From NCBI GenBank assembly GCA_030141605.1, contig JAQGDQ010000003.1, forward strand, positions 2,542,001 through 2,606,000: 64,000 nt of DNA, in the 5' to 3' direction. A program made the position numbers and the translations under genes. Shown piece after piece: positions 1-17,984 of this stretch (the first letter of the stretch is position 1; every line of letters begins with the position of its first letter). Under the pieces are notes generated by a model. That model was not told the DNA's origin and searched no databases. It saw only the letters and a program-made list of their open reading frames with translations. This DNA is from Tubiluchus corallicola (lineage: Eukaryota > Animalia > Priapulida).

Positions 1-759
1 TGAGAACAATAAAAGTTCTAAGTATACTACCAGGAGTGAATTCTGTAAATTCAGTCACTTGTGCTGTTATTCTTCTTGAACGAAATGAAGTTGTGATTAA
101 CAGGAAAATAATTTTATGGTAAAAAATTTCTCAGATAAATGGCCCGAGAGAAGAATTGTTTTGTAATGATATACGAATACCCAGGCCAAAAAGGGCAAAT
201 ATGTAGGAAGTATTCCGAGAAGACAGCAAACTGTTCAAAGTTTTCCACTTGTACTTATGGAAAATCTCCTTTATAAGAGTAGAGATGAGGTGTACACCTC
301 GTCAGAGTAAGAAATCACGCTAGTAAATTAGCTCCAAATCAGATATGATTGGACTGACCATGTGATATTTTACATTCTATCCAGTGGGTTAAGTTAACAG
401 TAAATTAGAATATTGAAGCTTTAGTCTAGATGCAGCTGAAATACTGTTGAAATGAGCAAGGTCGAACATTCATTTTGAAAAGAATGAGTATAGCATCAGT
501 AATTAGATTTTTTACTATGTTACTAGTGTGTTATCTTTTCTGATATGTTCTTAGCCACTTTTTACAATTGAGAATCCCTCTTCTCCCACCACTCATCAAG
601 TCAAGGCTGAGCAAAGGAACACAAGATTGATCAAAAACAAATGGAAAACCATTACGTATAGGAACTAGGCAACACTACTGTGATGTCAACAAGAATGTTA
701 CGTTCTCGGTTTTCTTTGAGTAGAGGTGACAAGCTAGTCTTAACCCAAGTTCAAAGCCA

Positions 760-1270
760 ACATCTTTTTTAACAGGAACTGTCCAGTGGGACATTATGGC
801 AAGTACTATATGGAATAGTATCATCGGCATATTATGGGCTGAGACAGTATAAAGTCAAATAGGCCACTGAGGAACAGTGGAAACAGAGGATAGGGGCTAT
901 TACAGAACCCTGAGGAATACCACCATTGATTTCATGAAAAATAAAAAACTGCCTTTTATGAAAAACTTGTAATACCTGTGTCTGTTGAGATATGATGATA
1001 TAGTAGTATCCGCCTATGTGCAACATGATTAAACAAATGTGTAGTATCTGTAACATTGTATATGTTAATAGCCTCAAAAGCTATTTACTGGGCCTCACTA
1101 AAGCACCCTAAAGCACAGTTAGTATTCTTCATAATTAATGAGAGCACTGGGTAATTGGAAAACTGGCATCCATAATTGGCTAATAGGGCCATAGATCGAC
1201 ACCAGTGCCACGTTGAGTAGCAAATCATGTACATTCTATAACTTTTTAAGGCATTAGAAAATACAAATAT
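760..1270 (-). mobile_element. Degraded non-LTR retrotransposon (LINE) reverse-transcriptase remnant inside a G-alpha intron
   Basis: The minus strand reads GGIPQGSVIAPIL (RT PQG motif, ORF 832..1077), followed in another frame by YADDT at 831-817. Stops and frameshifts are present; boundaries are approximate. Confidence 0.7.
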
Positions 1271-1396
1271 TTTAATTCTTGAAATTAGGAAGAAGGTAAG
1301 CTTTTCTCATCCAGAGACTCACTTTTACTACTGATTTTACAAATTACTTTCCATGAGAATTGAAAGCACGAGCTGGTAATGTACAGATTGATTTAC

Positions 1397-6210
<4,814 letters not shown>

Positions 6211-7973
6211 GTTTAAACAATCTAAAAATATATAATCACTGAATGCTTAAGGCACTAAGTTTTAATTATTTCTAAAATAAACATGGCGGTCTTTGATGAT
6301 ATAGAGAGGACCAAGACGGTTGTATTTTTCTTTGAAGTTCTATTTGTCTGATAATACATGCACAGCAAATGCAACAAGCTTTTTTAAATATGTACATTCA
6401 TACACTGCAAGCAAACTTTGCAGTATTATGTTCCCTCAACCTCACAGACTGAATACTCACTGATTCTTCTAGAATATTTACTTTAAAAAGTCAGAAGCTA
6501 TTGCAACTGTGTGGAGAACGTGCCACCCACCTTATCCGTAAAAGTCGTCACTTGCGTACCTTAACGCTTCAATGCGAATTTTTCCTTCGAAAACTATGGT
6601 TACCTTATTTATGCACAATGATACAACTAGCAAGTTGACTCAACTGAACTAGCTATTGCATGTGCTCACAGTATTATTCTAAAAAATAACGTACATGCAT
6701 TGCATTTGCATGCAGTCCCAAGGAAAGTCCAGCTCAGCTGCTTTAATATGCTGATTATTCAAAAATGATCAAATGAATTATTTAAAGCACATAAGACACG
6801 GAAGTTATTAATAAGTATGGATGCCCAGTAGACATGGATGCCAGATGAAATTCATATATGCTTCACTGCTTTACTAGCAGCAGCTGCAGTTCTCATACTT
6901 CAATCCTACGAAGTGTTGATATTAGGTTATGCTGTTATGGCAGGCTGATGTGTTAAGCTGTAAATTTGTGTTGAATCACTTCTGATGAAACGATGCAACG
7001 ATCAGCCTTATATTCTGTTATCTCGTGCATGATAACAGAAATGCAGACTCATGTTAATCCTGTTTTTTAATTATCATTTAAAAATTCTAGCAATTGCTAA
7101 CGAATTAAATAAGTTTTCCAGACAAGAATTTTAATAAGATAAAAGGCCATAGTGACGAAATTATGTACCCCGGTGATCTACAGGTGATGACTTAACCCAG
7201 TGCTGAAAAGCTATTCAGACAGGTGACAATCTACAAAATTATGAATCAAACGCCTTACAGGATCAACAACAATATTAATTATGAAGGGTTCATTAATCAA
7301 AGCAGGTACAGTTTTTTTAATATTTTCCGTGTGGCTGAAAAAGAGTTCGAAAAATGTAATAATTGTTGGTTAATTCTAGCATTAATTGATTGGATTATAC
7401 ATATTTTCCCAAAGATCATTTTGGGCTCAAAATTTAATAGTGGTAATTACGCAAGCGTGACGAAACTAATACGTGGTAATACGTTGACGAGCTACATGTA
7501 TTAGCATTGAATTCAGGCCTGTGTTAACTTAAATTTTAGTGATTATATAGAAATGGTGTCAAGTTTTTAACACAAGCTGTTATTATTGATGCAGAAATGC
7601 AGTGCTTGGGTTAAGAGGGTCACCAACTTTTCTAACTTGGCAAAATTAGTAAGCCAATGTTACGTACCCCAATTACTTCATAAGATGTGCCCTAAATGCG
7701 CTTAAGAAATGTTTATGACAACCGTTCCTTAGACTCAGAAAACTATTCCCAACAAGAAATTGTTGTCGATAGGATAAACGTATACTTAAAAGCTTTTAAC
7801 TTGATGAGTATGTGGCAATTAACTGCGATGATCATAACGGAAAATATTAGCAGTTATCACGTCATTATAGTGAACATATTTTGCACATACAGCTGCAATC
7901 TTTGTAATAAGACAGAACATCTCAAGAAGCCACACATTTTTCAATCACCCTCACTGTCCTCTGCCCGCGCTCA

Positions 7974-8023
7974 TTTGCCATGACAACAACAGCTTAATCG
8001 CAAGCAACAGTTACTGTAGCAAC
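7974..8023. promoter_or_regulatory. Pair of RFX X-box-like motifs
   Basis: 7974-7987 (reverse complement GTTGTCATGGCAAA) and 8010-8023 (GTTACTGTAGCAAC) are each one mismatch from the RTHNYYWTRRNRAC X-box consensus and start 36 bp apart. Confidence 0.4.
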
Positions 8024-10094
8024 AAAGGAGGAAAAAGTGAGCGGAAAATATGAGTGCGACGGCGATTAATTTCTCTTATCTGATTTCTCTTTTCGTAAGT
8101 AACAGCTAAGCTGGCGCGTGACATTTTACTTGCTGTGGATAAGACAAGAGAATCTGTAAGTGACACACAAACATGTTTGACGAGACAGGAAAAAATTATG
8201 TCCTTTGGAAAAGGCTTGCATTACGTGTGCCACTATAAGGGTTTACATTAATCGAGTTTTTATTTAGGCAGTATAATAGACACACGTTTTGTGAATACAC
8301 TTTAAAGGGAGGGGGTGGCACTGCGTACGCATCTAAACTAAGTTACGTCCGGCCCTGCCTGCGCCACAAACTTTGTAGAGAATATGTGACAAAATATGGA
8401 CTGTAGCTAAGTTTTCTTCAGTTATATTTAGGCTGTTATACCAAAGCCCATCAGGTACATCCGAAAAAGGTAACGATGCCGAATGCATTTTCCAATATGT
8501 AAGGGGAGCTGAATTTTCTCGCCTTGGCACACGTGATGTGCAATCCAGGAACCGAAATCAGTAGGAACTAGTATTAATGAGGTTCCAGGAAGCTTGTTAA
8601 TGAGGAAGCCAATGTAATAAGTGAATAACATGTTGTGTGAAAATTTATTTGTTTATCTATGTCGTCTTCAAGTTTGGATACTGTCATTCAATTGATCAGA
8701 CTGCATAATCAGAATTACTGTGCCTTTTGATGCCATGACAGCTGAGATTTTCGAATAAAATTGAAATTGCTAACCGCTTCAATAAAACCATACATCATTC
8801 ATCTTAACCAAAGAAATATCTCCTATAGTGGTGTCACAACTACTTCAATAACAGCAGTTTCTGTATTCAGGGATATGCAGCAGACAAACAGCTAGGCGGC
8901 AACGGCGGCGGCAGCAGCAACGACAAAAGCAGTAGCTGTCGACAAATGCAATTACAATGATGACGATATGGCGTGAGACCACAAAAGCACACACTGACGT
9001 GAATTTTTCAAGCAAAAAGAGAAACACTATTCACAGCGATATATATGAGGAAAAATACCACATCAGAGAAAAACGTGAAAACAATCACCTGACACAATGG
9101 TAAAAAGTGACCTTTTTAGTTTGAGCTGTCGAATCTTGTTTACTTTCAAGAAAGTATTAAATGTTCTTTAGCTTTTTGTCATCAACGTGCACTAGTTTCC
9201 AGTATCATTACTTTCTTGCTGGTGGCTGCTTGTATTAGCTGAGGCTGCAAAAAATTCATGTACAGGCTGCAGATAATTTTTGGCTTAAATTTCGCACGCA
9301 GCGAGGCCTACTTTGCGCAACTTGTGAATTGAACCAAGCACTTTTCTCAGAAATATCTTCCATCACAGAATCGCTTTGCACCAAGTGGATAACCACCATT
9401 GAACAGCCATATCGGTTAAGCCAATAAATGCAAATTTAATTTATTTTGCACGTTCTGCCGTCAGTTTTTATTATGCCATTTTGCATAATCAGTAAATGTT
9501 GCAGATCTTTTTCAAAATCCCATTTCTCTACCCGCGGATAATCAACAGTGATGACTGCATAATAGTAGGCTTCAATAGTGCCGAAGAAAGAGACGAAAAT
9601 TTTACGCTTAGTACTAATGAGCAGAGCAGCTTGCAAGAGAGAAGCCCATGGCGAAATGAGATAAAAACCCATATTGCACTATACTATACCTAATGGTGCG
9701 TTCACACTATAGCTATACTTCCTGAAAAAAGCTGTAATAACTTTAGCAAAATTAACCTTTTGCGAGAAACAAACTACGTGATTGACAAGTTCAAGTTTTA
9801 CAGTTTGCTCGCTAAAAATTTTCTCGAACTAGGCTTCTCTAATGAAATTGTAATTATCAAGGGCTTCAATATAACTACACATCTTTCATCTTTGACAAAG
9901 AAATGCCTCATAGTAGCGTCACACTTTCTTCTGTTAAATGCTTTAGCATAATGTATTTACTTCGGCATTAATAATAATAGTAATAATATTAACCTTTACT
10001 TAAAGTCTGCTTTAACACAACACAACACAAACTGCCATACTATTTTTCGCTGATTGTACATAACAAACTGCAACCACATAACAGGAATTATTAT

Positions 10095-10212
10095 TGCGCC
10101 AGGGAGGGCAACAGCAGGTACCAATTTTAAAGTCTTAAGCATAGCCCATCTGCAGTATCAAACTAGCGACCTCCCAGACGGAAAGTGTACGCGTTATCAC
10201 TAGACTATACTG
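10095..10212 (-). mobile_element. Degraded tRNA-derived SINE head
   Basis: Minus strand shows an A-box-like TAGTCTAGTGATAA and a B-box-like GGTCGCTAGTTTGATACT, then GACTTTAAAATTGGTACCTGCTG...CCTGGCGC, which resembles invertebrate SINE bodies as I recall them. Confidence 0.45.
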
Positions 10213-13200
10213 TCTGGCGTTCGGTTTTGTTGGGTTTACAGGCATAACAATAATAGCGTGCTACGTTTAGCAGAGGTACGGTCTGTTATCTCTACAGAAT
10301 TAAAAGTATCAGATTTGTTTAGCTATTCTTCGAACTCATGGATTTAAAAGCCATTTAATCTAGTGAGGCACATATAACTTATGTACCAACTATTTTACAC
10401 CTGCAAAACAGACAACAGTGAACAACAAGGGCTTTGCCGTTTTAGTGACTGTTGAAAAAACACTTAATGAAAAGAAGAACACCAAATGACGCTATAAAAA
10501 ACCTTCGTCTAAACGTTCAAGTTGGAAAGAGCAATAGTTCTAAACCGGCATATGAATCTTTGACGAAATGCCTTCCTGGGAGTAATGCGAATTCATGTTT
10601 TTTTAGAAAACATTCGCACGCTTAACATTTTTGCTTAGATGCAACCAAAATAAGTGAAACTGAAAAATACCTGTTAATGAATACTATAAACAAATCGCTG
10701 TGACAGTTAATTAGGTAGAAAGAAAAACACATTTGAGACAAGTTGTACTGTTCGCTCTCGTGTATGATGTAGTCATTGTGCTTTTTCGGTATCCAGAAAC
10801 CTAGATACGCTGATTTTAACTATTGTTTACATTAAAGAGGTGAATCATTTGGCTGCGATTCTGTAAACTAAATTTGCAAAATGTCATTAAGTTCCGAGAA
10901 AAGAAAAACCAAAGTTAGGTTAGAATGCCGAACTTCTTATCTGAAGTTAAGTTCTGCCAATTTAATACCCCCATTCACAGTTACACCTCTCTTAGCAATC
11001 CACGGTTCTACGTTTTTTCTTGACTTATTACTGTCAGAAATGTTTTTATGTCGAACCAATCTGTTTTAATCACGTTAACCAATTTTTTTACTTCAGCACA
11101 ATAAATAAAACCGAATCTCATCGCTTTTAACAAAGTTATAAATATGAGCAACGGTGCCTGCATAAAGTTAGCAACAATAAAATCTCAGCAAACATTTTTA
11201 CGCTCTTTCACGTCAACACGCATTAATCAGGAAAGTCCATAAATTTCCCTGCATAAACTTTAATAAACGACGTGGACAGTAGCTTCTGCGAAAACCTTTT
11301 AGTCGCTAATGAAATTCTATTGTTGAATATGAAAATGTACGCAGTCTGATAATTATAATCACTAGTTGCTTTTTCAAATATCGTACATTTGTTGAGCTAA
11401 GGCTAGTCTAATTGGGTGAAATTGCTATAAGCTACTATGACAGTGCTGAAGAAACCATAGATCTGCTGCATGCATTCAACAGGCAGTTACTAATAAAAAT
11501 CACAATTTTAGTTTGTTTTAAGATTATTGCTATGAGAAGAGTTTTTCTCATTTTAGTGTATGCACGCCGGAACCTTTTCCATGTATGATGTCACTTGCAG
11601 TTATTTCTAAAATAAAAACAATTTAAAAAAATCAAATACCGTTCATTCGCATTCAAGAATTCATTCGGCATCCTTAGCTTTTAAACCATCAAATGGCTAT
11701 TGTGCAGCAAAAAACATTACTTTAAAACGTCATAAATTCACTTTTTATATACCCGGTTCTTAAGCCTACCTGCACAAAGAGCCGCAATAGCTGCATCAAA
11801 GTAAAATCTCTGAACAAGGATTGTGAGCTAAGTACCTTTCAATTTTTTCGTACTTTCTAGCAGGATTGTTCGCGGAATGCGATCGACAGATAGTGGTTTG
11901 CTGATAAAGTAGATTCCACGGTTTACTCGATAGAAAAGCAGGAAGGAAGACAGTAGAAAAGGAGATAAAAGAGAAACTAAGAGAATACCAATGATAATTA
12001 TAATTTTTCTGTTTAGCAATGTTCCTATTTTGCAAATACCTTTTCAATTAGCATGAAGAATAAGCAAGTACGCTACTGTTTTTACTATCACTTTTGTTGA
12101 ATGCATGTTATACGGCACAGGCCCATGTAATAAATATTATAACCATAATAAAAAATCATAGAATTACTTACAGTAGCTATTTGAGACCTAGCTGCCAAAT
12201 CAATGGTTTTCTCTCTACATAAAGCTCGCATAGCCAGGCCCTTTCGTAAATTCAGGGCGACGATTATTTGACAAAGCACTTACTATTAACGGCTTCAATA
12301 CGTAATATCATAGCTTTTACGCCAACCACGTCTTCTATTGTGTAAGTAGGGGAATAGCGTGAGAAGCCATCGTCAGCGCTGCAAAATCTAGCAACCGAGG
12401 CGTCAGCCAATAAGCAGAACGAGAAGCAGCTGTAGATTGGTGATGAGTATTCGCTCAACTCGTCAAAGTTCGCTCGCTCGGCAAGTTTATGAGCAAACAC
12501 ACATCGTGAATATCAACGATGCCATAATGAAGGCAATTGTGATTGTTTTAGGAAAAGCAAACATCGTTGATTCCCGTGTAACCAGAAATAATAGCAAAAT
12601 GATGCTTATGAAACACACAAAATATTATAGAAACCAATATTTTCGCCATAAAGCCATCCATTGTATACTTACCATACAATTGAAGCTCTATTTGTGCTAC
12701 AGTTAGAAGATTATCAAAGACGTAATTTTGTTTCAATGGATTTATTTGTAGGAGTGCTTTATATCTCTCTGAAATTCCATAAAAGCATCCAATTTCATTT
12801 ACAAAAAAAATAATTACAAAAAAATTAGGACTTAGGACGTAAGCTTGAAACATGCTCTATCGCTTTGGTATTATTGGTATAATGACACTGGAATTTGAGT
12901 GGTTTCAATCGATGTAGTGAAAATCCCAATTCTGGAGATTCCATTGCAATGTCTTTGGTAAAAGATTACAAGAAGCAACTAAAACAGTACAACCTTTTTT
13001 GGGTGGTCTGCGGTAAGTATTAATCAATGACTTCAAGTCTCACATCACGAGGCATACGTTACACAAACTCTCAGTGGCTCACGTTTCTACAATATACGCT
13101 GCCATTACCTCACGCATGAATCTAAAATACCGCAAATTTGGATTGACAATTTAGGCGATCCGATCAGCAGAAAACTCGAGCGGATTAGAAAGATTTTCTC

Positions 13201-14639
13201 CACTTCTTCATTGGCATTCTAATGCAGCCTAACGAATAGTAAACGCTACCACTAGTCGCAATTCTCTGGTCAGATTCGAGCAAATTGAAGGCTTAGTTCA
13301 TTGGCAAAGATGTATTTCTGCAGCAAATTCCGGGTGCCAGCATGAATGAGGCAATGAAAGTAATCATGGATAGACATCTGAGGCCAGCGAATGCACACTA
13401 CTAAATGGTGTTCGAAGGTTTACTCAAAATTATTGCTGACAAAACATACCAGTTTAGCTGTAAATACAACCACGCAGCTTAATTATAAAAACAACAATAG
13501 TTTTACCTAAATTATATGCAATTTCTGACTAAAATAGTTAGCCACATTGGATGAAGGCATCAAACGGATGCTTTTGAGTTCTCTAAGGAAACGGAGCAAC
13601 AAAGCCAATATTTAACTTTTTGTATATTAATTGAACAGATCGTCACACGACTATTAAATAGCACCAACGTTGTTTATTATTTTCTGTCTTCTGGCATTCT
13701 GGAAAACTTGAACAACGGTGTAAAGGAAAGATGCCTACTTTTTATGATTTAATTGGGCATTGTTGGCAAGTATGTATGCTATGTTACACAAGTCCAAGTC
13801 TTACTGGCTAGGTATCCGGAGTAGCTGCAACATAACGTTAAGATTTATTGGAGAAAATTGGGCAATTTTGAAACATTCTGTCAAAAATAATTGAAAGATC
13901 GGGAAATGTCTGATTTTATTAGCACGTACGTGAAATACGACAGAAAATGTGACACATCTAACGAAATATGTTACGGTAGTCGCAGCTTGAAAGATATCGA
14001 TCTATTAAACAGTATAAAGTCTGTGACAAATGCCTGCACCCTTTTGTCAGGTTTTAATAGTCTTGCAACAAAAATGAACTTGAACGTCTGTTCCTACATG
14101 GGAACCATACCCTAGATAATTCTGTAAACAGTTACATTTTTGTATTACTGCAGTCCTTTATTGCAAACACTAAGAGTTATTTTAACCATGCTTACCCTTC
14201 TTATATAGTATTGTTTATAATCATTACGTGGTTACCATTGTTCTGCATCTCTCTAGCGTTTAAGATAAAGTAAGATAAGATAAGAAAAATGAGCCATAGG
14301 CTCCTTTACATCCAGGTCGAGTGCTGAAATATACAGAATATAAATAAACATAAAAAATGCAAAATATGAAATACAAATTATTTTTTCTCCGCTAGGGGAG
14401 AAAATATGTCAGTTGTAAAACTGACTGCTTCAAACCTAGTTTGTCAAGTTACAGCTTCAATAGAGTTACGTTTAACACAAAATCTGTGATGAATAAATGA
14501 ACTGTGCTGTTAAAAAACTTACGGGCGCAATCTATTGTCTGCGTATTAACAAAGATCATTCGCTACTTCACGCAATTTGAACGTTCGCTGCCGGATGAAT
14601 CACACGCATAACGAATAGTAAACGCTACCACTAGTCGCA

Positions 14640-14816
<177 letters not shown>

Positions 14817-16278
14817 CGAGACTATAAATTATCTCATTTCCTTATTTTCATATTCATGTGCTGTAGACTTATGCATATTACCTATGTTTTAACAGCACAG
14901 GTAAGCTATTGAAGTCTTTAGGAAAGAACATTTTGGTCTATCTTTCCTGCAGACCATCGAAACGCTGAGACCTATTTTTAATACATATTTATACATAGTA
15001 AGAGCACATGTTGGTGGGCTTATTGATCATTTAGTGTCAATTTTAAGTTAAGTTTCATTAAACTACAATTTAGCAGTCACTTACTCTATTAAAATAACCA
15101 AATCATATTTGAGGCGCTTCAAAACTGTCAAACCCAGTATCAGTTTACCGTTGCAAACACATGAAAAAATAGATCGTACACAGATTTGGTATTAAAAATT
15201 TGTCTAGCTTTAATACTTTTTAAGTAATTCTCATATAGCTATTTTCTTAATTGCACCGTATATTAATGAAGATTTAGATAACGTTTTATTTTATTTTGTT
15301 AAGGCTACTGATGGATTTAATTTTGGACGGGAAAATTTTTTTGCTCTTAGCTCTTTTGATCAGCAATCTTGTAGGAAGAGAAAGTTACATAAATGACCCA
15401 AAACGAAGTGAAACCATTGTTATTGTGGAAGCTTGCTTGAATACTACGCCTGTCTGACTCACTCTTCCAGCGAAGTGTTACTTCTTCATTACCTATTATC
15501 TATAGTTAATATTCATTAAGATACAATGAAATTTATTAACTAGTGACGATCTTTCGTGCATGAACATGACAAAGAATCTATTTTTCACTCCATGATGGTA
15601 ATAATGTTCTGTTTAACCAATAATGTGATAAATCTTTGTTAGTAGTTTAACATTTATCTGAATATGGTGTTTCTAGTTACTAAAATATCGCTAGTTGCAT
15701 CCTGTCGCTCGTCTTATCGCTGCACTTTTCCTTTCTTGGTTAATAAGAATACTTTTTTTAAAAATGACAATAAATAATTGAAAGTACAGCATTCATACAG
15801 ATTATCCCATTTCTGACAGAATGCTACAACTTATTACTGTGCTTATGTAATGACGCTGCACTTTTTATTGTATATTTTATTTTACTAGATAAAATACTGA
15901 TTAAAAACAGATGCGCACAAATTTCAGACGACGTTAGAACGACATAAAGATTCTAGTTTTTTTTATTTCTGAAACGAAGAAGTTTGATGTGGTACAATTC
16001 GAAGTTTACTGAAGGTATTACTTATGTCTCATTAAATAATTCCATGTCTATACATGTCAGCTATAAATTCGCGCGATACTGAAACGTGTTTTCTGATAAA
16101 AATGTGCAGCACAGTCTATGTTATGAAATAAAGAACTGCGATATAAGTGAAGCTTTGAATTTACCATAAATGAGGATCGCTTTTCACTCAGGTCACAAGC
16201 TCAATTATTTTAACCGATTTCTTGTTTTACGTTGAAAAAACAGCTAACTAAGCTTCACAATTTCCGAGTAGTTCATCG

Positions 16279-16292
16279 GTTGTCAAGGCAAC
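16279..16292. promoter_or_regulatory. RFX X-box-like motif
   Basis: GTTGTCAAGGCAAC; its reverse complement GTTGCCTTGACAAC fully matches RTHNYYWTRRNRAC. Confidence 0.35.
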
Positions 16293-17837
16293 GCTGAACG
16301 AGATTTATAAATGTATTCGAGCAGATACAAAATAACTGCAAGAACAATTTTTAAACGGATCGCTTGAGAATTCAGGTGAACTTCAGCAAAAGGAAAAGAG
16401 ATGTCCTATGGCTCCAACGAAGGTGTATCATTGACAATAATTACAGACTGAACAAGCTCGTTCGATTCAAGACATATCTGTGTCTACTCATGTGTTACGT
16501 CGCCATACAATATCTTTCGGCTCCGTTCGTTAATAGTGAATTTTGTTATCCCACTGGCCATTGCCCATTCACTTAGTCAATAATCTAAAAAATAATTAAT
16601 TAGACAACTACGATTGACTAATTAACGAAGGGAATGCTACAGATTTTTTTGTTTTGATCAATGATATCCTAACTAATCATTCTAGCAAATTACAACTCAA
16701 TTAGATAAATACTTTTGAAATTAAAAAAAGTGTGATGGAAAGAGTGAGCAGGTGAAAAAATGAAGGAATCATCGGATTTTTAGGACCCAAGCTGACGCTC
16801 GGAAAAATATAGCAAGGGATAAAATTAACTCACAAAATGCAACTGTGACATGTACCTTTGGAATTGCGCGCAAAATACAGTAATTGTATTATATTATAGA
16901 CCCATTGATCAAAATTTAATATTTTCCCGGTGCCTCTTAATTAGCTATAATGGATATTCGATAATTTCATAACATCAAATATCATTTTCCGAAAACAAAC
17001 ACGTGCTGTGCGCAAGCAAGGAGATGATCGGCTAAAAACCAGCTGGATTTTTCTTGGATGCCCCCTTTGCCTTTTATTTAGTGCTACTATATAAAGCCAA
17101 CTAGCCCAAGAGCGTATAGTATTGACTAATGGATATAATTAAAAGCTCCAATAATTTACATTACCGCTACTGGTAATTACATACTTCTAGCAGTAATTGC
17201 CCTTCTAAAGGCAGGCGCAGTAATTATGACCGGGAAGATTCTGCCGCAAGATAGTCTAACGATCTAAACAGAAAGTTTACTCACACGATTATAATGATGG
17301 ATCGCTTATAGACTAAACTCTAATCAAAGCTGCCCGATTAGTGTTTTACATTTCATGAAAATAGACGCATAAATCCGGGTTTCGGCTAGTATAATCTGAG
17401 CAAAATAACCCATTTGCATGATTAGAAAGCATACTTTGTCAAGTTTGATCACATTTTCCAGTTATTGTTTTAATGTTAGTTATTAAATTTTGGAAAAATA
17501 AAAATAAATTAGCTTATCCTTAATCCATAACCACAGTATTTTTGTACAGTTTGACACTGTAAGCGAGCCCAGTCATTCAGCGGCAGGGTGCAACGTAAAA
17601 CAGACGGCTGCGGCAAGACCGGAATCTACTTTATTATCGATGCTAATCCGCTAAGATGAGATACTGAACTAGAAGAGGTGTCTCGGCCACGTCTGTGTGT
17701 GAATAAATCATTTCTTATCATTATCTTCAGACTGTCTGAACAGTTTAATAATGAATAGTTTACTGTAATCCAGTTACACACGTTTAGGCAAAACAGCGAT
17801 TTAATGAAAATAAGCTGAAAGTTATCTTTGCACATGA

Positions 17838-17984
17838 TGAAAGTTGTTACTAATAGAAAAACTGTCTTTCACAAAATTACAAACCTAAACACACGAATAC
17901 ATCGTATCATAACCTTAGACTTGTGTTGCAATATTTGATTTTGTGAAAGACACTATCTATCAGTAACAACAGTAACAACTTTCA
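17838..17984. mobile_element. Fold-back (palindromic) MITE-like element
   Basis: Outer arms TGAAAGTTGTTACT / AGTAACAACTTTCA and inner arms TGTCTTTCACAAAAT / ATTTTGTGAAAGACA are perfect inverted pairs. Confidence 0.6.

Noticed and set aside
17944-17965. TGAAAGACA resemblance to the miR-71 5' end
   Set aside because: Only the first 9 nt match; the rest differs and it lies in a MITE-like arm.
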